Source: Betaproteobacteria bacterium (GTDB lineage: Bacteria; Pseudomonadota; Gammaproteobacteria; Burkholderiales; SG8-39). Taken from it: a stretch of DNA of 64,000 nt. A program made the translations under genes and the position numbers. Positions within the stretch are counted from its first letter, which is position 1. The number at the start of each line of letters is the position of its first letter. Below are positions 18,433 to 27,054 of the stretch, piece after piece. The stretch is from NCBI GenBank assembly GCA_016177575.1, contig JACOVA010000005.1:397-64396 (forward strand), read 5' to 3'. The notes under the pieces are model-generated. The model did no database searches and was not told the origin of the DNA. It was given only the letters and a program-made list of their open reading frames with translations.

Positions 18433-19265
18433 TCCGTCACCCGCGAGGCATTCAGGCCCTGCAGCCAGCGCAGGTGCTCGCGCGGCACCGCCGCGGCGTA
18501 GCCCCCCGCGCGCAGCTTGGCGACGATGCGCAGGGCGCGCGCCGCAAGCCGCAGCGCGAGGCGGCGCCGCGGCGGCGCGGCGCGGCGCGTAGCGCGCACC
18601 CGGATGATCGAGTCCTCGCACAGCGCTTCGCCGCGCCGCGCGCGCGTCTTCTGCTGCGTGTAGAAGCGCATGCACGACAGGTAGCCGGGGATGTGCGCGA
18701 TCCGGGTCAGCGCCGAGAAGCGCGCCCAGAGATCGGAGTCCATCGCCAGCTCGAAGCGCGGATCGAGTCCGCCGACCGCCTGGTAGAGGCTGCGGCGCCA
18801 GAACATGGACGGCTGGGGAATGTAGTTGTGGTCGTGCAGCAGGACGAAGCGGCTGAAGTTCATCTCCTTTTTCGGCCGCAGGAAGCGCCCCTCGGCGTCG
18901 ATCCACAGCGCATCGCCGTAAGCGGCCATCACGTTCGGGTGGCGGGCGAAGAATTCGCCGACGCTGCGCAGCGCCCCGGGCAGCAGCAGGTCGTCGGAGC
19001 ACAGCCAGCCGAGAATCTCGCCGCTGCAGCGCGCGAAGCCCTTGATCAGCGCGTCGGTCTGGCCGCCGTCGGGCTCGCAGACCCAGTAGGCGAGGGCGGC
19101 GGCGTGCCTGCGGATGATCTCGGCGCTGCCGTCGCTCGAGCCGCCGTCGACGACGACGTATTCGAGCGCCGGATAGCGCTGCTCCAGCACCGAGCGCATG
19201 GCCTGCTCCAGGTACTGCGCCTGCTGGAACGAGCAGGTGACCAGCGAGATGCGCGGCGTGTCGAT
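18429..19265 (-). CDS. Glycosyltransferase family 2; start codon non-canonical or unresolved
   Basis: GT2 N-terminal core PRISLVTCSFQQAQYLEQAMRSVLEQRYPALEYVVVDGGSSDGS plus a DD acceptor region. There is no in-frame ATG/GTG/TTG upstream of the conserved core. An in-frame ATC at 19265 lies 6 nt after the SD AAAGGAAGG. Confidence 0.7.
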   Translation of the reverse strand: MDTPRISLVTCSFQQAQYLEQAMRSVLEQRYPALEYVVVDGGSSDGSAEIIRRHAAALAYWVCEPDGGQTDALIKGFARCSGEILGWLCSDDLLLPGALRSVGEFFARHPNVMAAYGDALWIDAEGRFLRPKKEMNFSRFVLLHDHNYIPQPSMFWRRSLYQAVGGLDPRFELAMDSDLWARFSALTRIAHIPGYLSCMRFYTQQKTRARRGEALCEDSIIRVRATRRAAPPRRRLALRLAARALRIVAKLRAGGYAAAVPREHLRWLQGLNASRVTE

Positions 19266-19310
19266 TCGGCACCTTCCTTTAATTGCAGCGATGGCGGAAT
19301 CCGGCAGAGG

Positions 19311-19343
19311 CAAAAACGGCGCAGCCTCGTCAGAGGCTGCGCC
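19311..19343 (-). terminator. Rho-independent terminator after the small peptide gene
   Basis: The minus strand reads GGCGCAGCCTC-TGAC-GAGGCTGCGCC-GTTTTTG. This is a perfect 11-bp GC-rich stem with a 4-nt loop and a T-run, about 95 nt after the stop. Confidence 0.6.
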
Positions 19344-19437
19344 GCGCCGGCCGCTCGGTTGATGAGCCGGAGGCGGCGAATCGGGGGAGGACGAATTCGC
19401 CCCGACCGGCCGGCAAGCTTGCTCGTCCGCGTTCAGC

Positions 19438-19623
19438 TCACTTCTCGTCCTTGCAGCGCGGATCGTTCGGGTTCTTCTTGCAGTCCTTCGGCGGCTGCGT
19501 TTGTTGCAGCGTGTCGCCGGTATAGCCGCTCTGGCCCGGGCTGGCGGCGTACGCCGTGCCCAGGCTCGCTGCGAACAGCAGCCCGACCAGCGCCACAAAA
19601 AGCTTCTTCAGCATTTCACTCAT
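19438..19623 (-). CDS. Small secreted protein (61-aa precursor, predicted ~35-aa mature peptide with one Cys-X8-Cys loop)
   Basis: MSEMLKKLFVALVGLLFAASLGTAYA|ASPGQSGYTGDTLQQTQPPKDCKKNPNDPRCKDEK. SD GGAGG lies 5 nt before the ATG at 19623. It has a Sec-type signal peptide with an AYA-A cleavage site, its own terminator and its own promoter candidate. Confidence 0.55.
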   Translation of the reverse strand: MSEMLKKLFVALVGLLFAASLGTAYAASPGQSGYTGDTLQQTQPPKDCKKNPNDPRCKDEK

Positions 19624-19650
19624 CACAACCTCCAATCGTTTAATGAAGGG

Positions 19651-19678
19651 AAAAAAGACGCGGTCGCAAAACCGCGCC
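19651..19678 (-). promoter_or_regulatory. 5'-leader stem-loop followed by a U-run (terminator-like attenuator or 5' stabiliser)
   Basis: The minus strand reads GGCGCGGT-TTTGCG-ACCGCGTC-TTTTTT. It begins about 4 nt after the predicted sigma-54 start site and lies about 28 nt upstream of the peptide start codon. Confidence 0.35.
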
Positions 19679-19692
19679 GTGCGCTCAACCCC

Positions 19693-19708
19693 TGCCAGCT
19701 TCGTGCCA
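19693..19708 (-). promoter_or_regulatory. Candidate sigma-54 (-24/-12) promoter for the small peptide gene
   Basis: The minus strand reads TGGCACGAAGCTGGCA. It has one mismatch (T13 to G) to TGGCACG-N4-TTGCA, with correct GG/GC spacing. Confidence 0.5.
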
Positions 19709-19746
19709 GCCTATGAATGGCGATGGGCCTCAAGCAGTTAGCGCTA

Positions 19747-19775
19747 CGCGTCGGGCATGACGGACGCGCCTTTTT
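19747..19775 (+). terminator. Terminator-like hairpin on the plus strand inside the divergent intergenic region
   Basis: CGCGTC-N10-GACGCG, then CC and TTTTT. No plus-strand gene lies upstream, so its function is unclear. Confidence 0.3.
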
Positions 19776-19856
19776 GTCGGCTGCGCGCAACAGATCGCGC
19801 AGCGCGAGCGGATTTTGCGGCTGCTACTTCAGAGACGAGCCCGGCGCAGGATCCGC

Positions 19857-19872
19857 CGGCACGGCGCTTGCT
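19857..19872 (+). promoter_or_regulatory. Candidate sigma-54 (-24/-12) promoter for the methyltransferase
   Basis: CGGCACGGCGCTTGCT, with one mismatch (T1 to C) to TGGCACG-N4-TTGCW. The -12 GC is 16 nt before the ATG at 19887, which implies a leader of only about 4 nt. Confidence 0.45.
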
Positions 19873-19886
19873 CCTCTTCCATCGGC

Positions 19887-20819
19887 ATGGACCCGATACG
19901 GTCGCGCTGGCTGGAGGTCGCGCGCTGCCCCGCCTGCGACGCCGGCGAGCGCCGCGACCGCGGCGCGATCCCCGAGCGCTGCTACCCGTTCGGCGGCGAG
20001 CGCGTGCCGACGCCCGCGCACGGCATCCGGCTCTTCGAGTGCGCGGCGTGCGGGCTGGCCTACAAGTCACCGCTGCCGGATGCAGCGTTCCTGGCGGCGA
20101 TCTTCGAGCGCCAGCTGGGAGCCAAGTGGATGGCCGCGCACGACTACGCGGCGGAAGTGGCCGCGCTGCGGCGCACGGCCGGGCGCGACGCCTTCGACCT
20201 GCTCGACATCGGCGCCGCGGGCGGCGACCTGCTCGCGGCGTGCGCGGCCGCCGGCGTTGCCGGGCTGCGCTCGGCGCTCGACGTGCTGCGCTATCCGGGG
20301 CTGGAGCGCGCGCTGAATGGCGAGTTCATCGAGGGAGTTCTCGACAGCGCCTCGCTCGCGTGGAGCGGGCACCGCTACCACGTGGTCACCGCGTTCGACG
20401 TCTTCGAGCACCTGCATCGCCCGCGCAACGCGTTCGCCAACCTGCGCGCGCTGCTGGCGCCCGGCGGGTTCGTGCTGATCGAAAGCGGCGATTCGCAGAG
20501 CGCCTGGCCGAGACGCTTCGGCACCCGGCGCTGGTGGTACGCGCGCCTGATCGAGCACCACATCTTCTGGTCGCGGGAGCCGCTCGAGCGCTGCGCCGCG
20601 GTGCACGGCTTCGAACTTGTCCAATGGCGCCGCCTGCGGCACAAGAGCCGCCGGCAGCTCGGCGCCGCCGCGATCGCTCGCGACCTCGCGAAGAGCGCGC
20701 TCTACCACGTCGCGCCCGATTCCTACGCCGGCTGGGCGGCGCTGCTCGGCAAGGAGGGCAACCAGCCGTGCTCGCCGTTCGCGCGCGACCATTTCCGCGC
20801 CTGCCTGCGCAGGCGCTAG
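19887..20819 (+). CDS. Class I SAM-dependent methyltransferase with N-terminal Cys4 zinc-ribbon
   Basis: Tail of ORF 19815..20819 from MDPIRSRW. Has CPAC..(31 aa)..CAAC, SAM motif I LLDIGAAGGDLL and post-I/II AFDVFEHL. 310 aa. Confidence 0.75.
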   Translation: MDPIRSRWLEVARCPACDAGERRDRGAIPERCYPFGGERVPTPAHGIRLFECAACGLAYKSPLPDAAFLAAIFERQLGAKWMAAHDYAAEVAALRRTAGRDAFDLLDIGAAGGDLLAACAAAGVAGLRSALDVLRYPGLERALNGEFIEGVLDSASLAWSGHRYHVVTAFDVFEHLHRPRNAFANLRALLAPGGFVLIESGDSQSAWPRRFGTRRWWYARLIEHHIFWSREPLERCAAVHGFELVQWRRLRHKSRRQLGAAAIARDLAKSALYHVAPDSYAGWAALLGKEGNQPCSPFARDHFRACLRRR

Positions 20820-20826
20820 CGCGCCT

Positions 20827-21987
<1,161 letters not shown>

Positions 21988-23022
21988 CTACTTCGCGGTC
22001 GCGACCTCGGCGCCGACTTCCGCGAAAGCCGCGGCGACATCGAGCATGCGGTTGGAGAAGCCCCATTCGTTGTCGTACCACGACGAGACCTTGACCAGCG
22101 TGCCGTCCGAGACGCGCGTCAGCGTGGAGTCGAAGATCGAGCTCGCCGGATTGTGGTTGAAGTCCGACGACACGAGCGGCTCGCTGCTGTACTCGAGCAC
22201 GCCCTTCAGCTCGGCTTCTGCCGCGGCCTTGACCGCCTTGTTCACCTCTTCGACGGTGGTCGGCCGCTTGGCGACGAAAGTGAGATCGACGATCGAGACG
22301 TTGAGGGTCGGTACGCGGATCGAGTAGCCGTCGAGCTTGCCGTTCAGGTGCGGCAGCACCAGGCCCACCGCAGCCGCTGCGCCAGTCTTGGTCGGGATCA
22401 TGTTGTGGCCCGCGGCGCGAGCGCGGCGCAGATCCTTGTGATAGACGTCGGTCAGCACCTGGTCGTTGGTGAACGAGTGGATCGTGTTCATCAGGCCCGC
22501 GGCAACGCCGATGCGGTCGTCGATCGCCTTGACGAGCGGCGCGAGGCAGTTGGTCGTGCAAGAGGCATTCGAGATCACGCTGTCTGTCCCTTTTAACGTC
22601 TGGTGGTTCACGCCGAACACCACGGTACGGTCGACGTCCTTTTCACCCGGCGCCGAGATCACCACCTTCTTCGCGCCCGCCTGCAGATGGGCGCCCGCCT
22701 TCGCCTTGCTGGTGAAGAGCCCCGTGCACTCCAGCACGATATCGACGCCGAGCGCCTTCCACGGCAGCTTGGCCGGGTCGCGCTCGGCCACGACCTTGAT
22801 GCGATCGTTGTCGACGGCGATGCTGTCGCCGTCGACCCGCACCTTCGACGGGAAAGGCCCGTGCGCCGTGTCGTACTTGAGCAGATGCGCGTTGGTCGCC
22901 GCGTCGCCGAGGTCGTTGACCGCGACGAACTGCAGCTTGTGCTTCTTGCCGCCTTCGTAATGGGCGCGCAGCACCATGCGCCCGATACGCCCGAATCCGT
23001 TGATGGCAACTTTGATCGTCAT
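21988..23022 (-). CDS. gap: Glyceraldehyde-3-phosphate dehydrogenase (Calvin-cycle copy)
   Basis: [15 protein letters not shown], the [10 protein letters not shown] active site and [11 protein letters not shown]. 344 aa. ATGA overlap with the tkt stop. Confidence 0.95.
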   Translation of the reverse strand: MTIKVAINGFGRIGRMVLRAHYEGGKKHKLQFVAVNDLGDAATNAHLLKYDTAHGPFPSKVRVDGDSIAVDNDRIKVVAERDPAKLPWKALGVDIVLECTGLFTSKAKAGAHLQAGAKKVVISAPGEKDVDRTVVFGVNHQTLKGTDSVISNASCTTNCLAPLVKAIDDRIGVAAGLMNTIHSFTNDQVLTDVYHKDLRRARAAGHNMIPTKTGAAAAVGLVLPHLNGKLDGYSIRVPTLNVSIVDLTFVAKRPTTVEEVNKAVKAAAEAELKGVLEYSSEPLVSSDFNHNPASSIFDSTLTRVSDGTLVKVSSWYDNEWGFSNRMLDVAAAFAEVGAEVATAK

Positions 23023-25058
23023 TTGACTACGCTCCTTACCGCTTTGACCACGTTCTCCGGCGTGAACCCGAAGTGCTGGAAAAGGTCGCTTGCGGGCGCC
23101 GATTCGCCGAAGCGGTCGATGCCGACCACCGCACCGCGCTCGCCGACGTACTTGCACCAGCCGGCGGTGACGCCCGCCTCGACCGCGATGCGGGGCAGCG
23201 CCGGCGGCAGCACCGAGTCTCGGTACGCCGCGTCCTGGCGATCGAACACCGAGGTCGAAGGCATCGACACCACCCTCGCATGGATTCCGGATTCGGCCAG
23301 AAGTTTCTGCGCCCCAAGCGCGAGCGGCACCTCCGAGCCGGTCGCCACGATCACCGCGCGCGGCGCGCCGGCAGCCTCCGAAAGGACATAGCCGCCCTTT
23401 CGGGCGGCAGCGAGCTGCTCGGGATCGCGCTTGTGAAACGGCAGGTTCTGCCGGGAGAGCAGCAGCGCCGTCGGCCCGTTGCTGCGCTCGATTGCCGAGG
23501 CCCACGCGATCGCGCTCTCCACCGTGTCGCAGGGGCGCCAGACATCCAGATTGGGAATGAGCCGCAGGCTCGCGGCGTGCTCGATCGGCTGATGCGTGGG
23601 GCCGTCCTCGCCCAGGCCGATCGAATCGTGCGTGAAGACATACACGACGCGCACGCCCATCAGCGCCGCCATGCGGATCGCGTTCCTCGCGTAATCCGAG
23701 AACACGAGGAAGGTGCCGCCGTAGGGAATGAAGCCGCCGTGCAGCGCGATGCCATTCATGATCGCGCACATGCCGAATTCGCGCACGCCGTAGAAGAGGT
23801 AGTTGCCCTCGCCCTCGCGCCCGATCGCCCTGGAGGCCTTCACCATGGTGAGGTTCGAGCCGGTGAGGTCGGCCGAGCCGCCCAGCAGCTCCGGCAGTGC
23901 GGGCTTGAGCGCCTCGAGCACGTTCTGCGACGCCTTGCGTGTGGCGGCCGTTTCCGCCTTTGCTTCGATCTCTTTTACCAGGGATTCAACACGGGAAGAA
24001 AAATCCTCCCGCAGCTCCCCCTTCATGCGGCGCAGGAAATCCGCCGCGAGCTCCGAATGCGCCTCCTCGTAGGCCGCGAACAGCTTCGCCCACTTGCGCT
24101 CTGCGCGCTTGCCCGCGGCGCGCGCGTCCCACGCGGCGTACACCTGCGGCGGGACGACGAACGGCGCATGCGGCCAGCCGATCGCGGCGCGCGTCGCCGC
24201 CACTTCCGCCGCGCCGAGCGGCGCGCCATGCGCCGCGCCCGTGTTCGCCTTGTTGGGGGCGCCTTTCGCGATCACCGTCTTGCAGCAAATCAGCGTGGGA
24301 CGCGTCTTTTCACGCTTCGCCTTGCGGATGGCGCGGTCCACCGCCCGCACGTCGTGGCCGTCGACGTTCGCGATCACCTGCCAGCCGTAGCCGGCGAAGC
24401 GCTTGGGCACGTCGTCGGTGTACCAGTTGGCGATGTGCGCTTTTTCCGAGTCGATCGAGATGCCGTTGTCGTCGTAGAACGCGATGAGCTTCCCGAGGCC
24501 GAGCGTTCCCGCGAGCGAGCACGCTTCGTGCGAGACGCCTTCCATCATGCAGCCGTCGCCCATGAAAACGAAGGTGTGATGGTCGACGACGTCGAATCCC
24601 GGCCGGTTGAAATGCGCCGCTAGCAGTCGCTCGGCGAGCGCCATGCCGATCGCGTTCGAGACCCCCTGCCCGAGCGGACCGGTGGTGGTCTCGACGCCGG
24701 GCGCGCAGCCGCGCTCCGGGTGCCCCGGCGTCTTCGAGCCGAGCTGGCGAAAGCGCTTCAGCTCCTCGATCGGCAGGCCGTAGCCGGTGAGGTGCAGGAG
24801 CGAATAAAGCAGCATCGAGCCGTGGCCGTTGGAGAGCACGAACCGGTCGCGGTTCGGCCACGCCGGGTTTGCCGGGTTGTGCCGCAGGTGCCGGCCCCAG
24901 AGCGCGACCGCGATCTCGGCCATGCCCATCGGCATGCCCGGATGCCCCGATTTGGCGGTCTCCACCGCGTCCATGGCGAGCGCGCGCAGCGCGTTGGCCA
25001 TCTCGGCCTCGGGCTTGGTTGCGGTGCGGTTCAAGGGCGCCGTGGCGAGATCGTTCAT
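23019..25058 (-). CDS. tkt: Transketolase
   Basis: 679 aa. Has [27 protein letters not shown] and [19 protein letters not shown]. Confidence 0.95.
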   Translation of the reverse strand: MNDLATAPLNRTATKPEAEMANALRALAMDAVETAKSGHPGMPMGMAEIAVALWGRHLRHNPANPAWPNRDRFVLSNGHGSMLLYSLLHLTGYGLPIEELKRFRQLGSKTPGHPERGCAPGVETTTGPLGQGVSNAIGMALAERLLAAHFNRPGFDVVDHHTFVFMGDGCMMEGVSHEACSLAGTLGLGKLIAFYDDNGISIDSEKAHIANWYTDDVPKRFAGYGWQVIANVDGHDVRAVDRAIRKAKREKTRPTLICCKTVIAKGAPNKANTGAAHGAPLGAAEVAATRAAIGWPHAPFVVPPQVYAAWDARAAGKRAERKWAKLFAAYEEAHSELAADFLRRMKGELREDFSSRVESLVKEIEAKAETAATRKASQNVLEALKPALPELLGGSADLTGSNLTMVKASRAIGREGEGNYLFYGVREFGMCAIMNGIALHGGFIPYGGTFLVFSDYARNAIRMAALMGVRVVYVFTHDSIGLGEDGPTHQPIEHAASLRLIPNLDVWRPCDTVESAIAWASAIERSNGPTALLLSRQNLPFHKRDPEQLAAARKGGYVLSEAAGAPRAVIVATGSEVPLALGAQKLLAESGIHARVVSMPSTSVFDRQDAAYRDSVLPPALPRIAVEAGVTAGWCKYVGERGAVVGIDRFGESAPASDLFQHFGFTPENVVKAVRSVVK

Positions 25059-25082
25059 GGGAAGAAAAATTATCTTAGAAAA

Positions 25083-26141
25083 TCACGCCGCGCGCGACCT
25101 TGATTTCGGATAACGCAGCGCCATGCGCTCGAGCGGCTCGGGCCGCAGGCGCGCCGCCTGGCCGGCGCAGCCGAACGCCTCGAAGCGCTCCTTGCACAGC
25201 GCGCGCGCCGCGAGCATCGCCTCCTTGAGGAACTTGCGCGGGTCGAACTCGGCCGGGTCCCGCGCCATCGCGCGGCGCATCGCGCCGGTCATCGCAAGGC
25301 GTATGTCGGTGTCGATGTTGATCTTCCGGACGCCGTGGCGGATGCCTTCGCGGATCGCCTCGACCGGCACGCCGTAGGTTTCCTTGATCCGGCCGCCGTT
25401 CTCGCGGATCACCGCGAGCCAATCCTGCGGCACCGACGAGGAGCCGTGCATCACGAGGTGCGTGCCGGGCATCTTCGCGTGGATCGCGCGGATGCGGTCC
25501 ATCGCGAGCACGTCGCCGGTGGGCTTTTTTGTGAACTTGTAGGCGCCGTGCGAAGTTCCGATCGCGACCGCGAGCGCGTCCACGTCGGTGCGGCGCACGA
25601 AGTCCGCCGCCTGGTCGGGGTCCGTGAGCAGCTGCTCGCGCGAAAGCGCGCCTTCCGCGCCCACGCCGTCCTCCTTGCCCGCGGTGCCGGTCTCGAGAGA
25701 CCCGAGGCAGCCGAGCTCGCCCTCGACCGAGACGCCGATCGCGTGCGCCATCTCAGCGACCTTGCGCGTCACTTCGACGTTGTACTCGTAGCTCGAGGGC
25801 GTCTTCATGTCTTCCAGGAGCGAGCCGTCCATCATGACGCTGGTGAACCCCGAGCGGATCGCGCTCTGGCACACCGCGGGGCTCGCGCCGTGGTCCTGGT
25901 GCAGCACCACCGGGATCGCCGGATAGGCCTCGACCGCCGCCTCGACCATCTTGCGCAGGAACGCTTCGCCCGCGTACTTGCGCGCGCCCGCCGAGGCCTG
26001 CAGGATCACCGGGCTCGAGGTCTCCTCGGCGGCCTGCATGATCGCCTGGATCTGCTCCAGGTTGTTGATGTTGAAGGCCGGCACGCCATAGCCGTGCTCG
26101 GCGGCATGGTCGAGCAGCTGCCGCAGCGAAACGAGCGCCAT
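25083..26141 (-). CDS. fba: Class II fructose/sedoheptulose-1,6-bisphosphate aldolase (Calvin-cycle subtype)
   Basis: 352 aa. Has [26 protein letters not shown] and GTSHGAYKF. Confidence 0.95.
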   Translation of the reverse strand: MALVSLRQLLDHAAEHGYGVPAFNINNLEQIQAIMQAAEETSSPVILQASAGARKYAGEAFLRKMVEAAVEAYPAIPVVLHQDHGASPAVCQSAIRSGFTSVMMDGSLLEDMKTPSSYEYNVEVTRKVAEMAHAIGVSVEGELGCLGSLETGTAGKEDGVGAEGALSREQLLTDPDQAADFVRRTDVDALAVAIGTSHGAYKFTKKPTGDVLAMDRIRAIHAKMPGTHLVMHGSSSVPQDWLAVIRENGGRIKETYGVPVEAIREGIRHGVRKINIDTDIRLAMTGAMRRAMARDPAEFDPRKFLKEAMLAARALCKERFEAFGCAGQAARLRPEPLERMALRYPKSRSRAA

Positions 26142-26154
26142 CGGGAATCCCCTC

Positions 26155-27039
26155 CTATCCTTTTTCCAGTGCGAGTTTTCTGCGCTCCATCAGCCGCCAG
26201 ACCATCGGCGTGAAGATGAGCTGCATCGCGAGATCCATCTTGCCGCCGGGCGCGACGATGGTGTTCGGGCGCGACATGAACGAGTCGTGCAGCATGGTGA
26301 GCAGGTACGGAAAATCGATGCCGCGCGGGTCGGCGAACCTGATCACGAGAAAGCTCTCGTCGGCCGACGGGATATGTCGCGCGATGAACGGGTTCGAGGT
26401 GTCGACGATCGGCACGCGCTGGAAGTTAATGTGCGTGCGCCCGAACTGCGGGATGACGTAGTTGATGTAGTCCGGCATGCGCCGCAGTATGGTGTCGGTC
26501 ACGGCCTCGGTCGAGTAGCCGCGCGCGCCCTTGTCGCGGTGCAGCTTCTGGATCCACTCCAGGTTGATCACCGGCACCACGCCGATGAGCAGGTCGACGT
26601 GCTGCGCGATGTTCACCTTGTCGGTGACGACCGCGCCGTGCAGCCCCTCGTAGAACAGCACGTCGGTGTCGGCGGGCAGGTCCTGCCATGGCGTGAAGGT
26701 GCCCGGCTTCTGCCCGCAGGCCGCGGCCTCGGTCTCGTCGTGCAGGTATTTGCGCGTGCGCCCGGTTCCGCTCCCGGCGTAGCTGCGAAACAGCGCCTCG
26801 AGCTCCTCGAACAGGTTGTTCTCGGGACCGAAATGGCTGAAGTGCTGGTTGCCGCGCGCGAGCTCCTCGGTCATGCGCGCCTTCATCTCGGCGCGATCGT
26901 AGCGGTGAAACGCGTCGCCCTCCACGAACGAGGGCTTCACACCCTCGCGGCGGAAGATCGCGTCGAACGTGCGCATGACCGAGGTGGTACCCGCCCCGGA
27001 GGAGCCGGTGATGGCGATGATCGGGTGCTTGGCGGACAT
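26155..27039 (-). CDS. prk: Phosphoribulokinase
   Basis: 294 aa. Has [20 protein letters not shown] and [12 protein letters not shown]. Confidence 0.95.
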   Translation of the reverse strand: MSAKHPIIAITGSSGAGTTSVMRTFDAIFRREGVKPSFVEGDAFHRYDRAEMKARMTEELARGNQHFSHFGPENNLFEELEALFRSYAGSGTGRTRKYLHDETEAAACGQKPGTFTPWQDLPADTDVLFYEGLHGAVVTDKVNIAQHVDLLIGVVPVINLEWIQKLHRDKGARGYSTEAVTDTILRRMPDYINYVIPQFGRTHINFQRVPIVDTSNPFIARHIPSADESFLVIRFADPRGIDFPYLLTMLHDSFMSRPNTIVAPGGKMDLAMQLIFTPMVWRLMERRKLALEKG

Positions 27040-27054
27040 GGACCGGCCCCCTGA

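Noticed and set aside
19438-19623. Small secreted peptide as a PEP-CTERM/exosortase substrate or a lipoprotein
   Set aside because: The C-terminus (..NDPRCKDEK) has no PEP motif, TM helix or Arg cluster. The signal peptide has no lipobox Cys. It is therefore left as an unclassified secreted peptide.
19712-19759. 15-codon ORF (MNGDGPQAVSATRRA) ending in the plus-strand hairpin, as a possible leader peptide
   Set aside because: It has no SD, no regulatory codon run and arbitrary composition. Support is insufficient.
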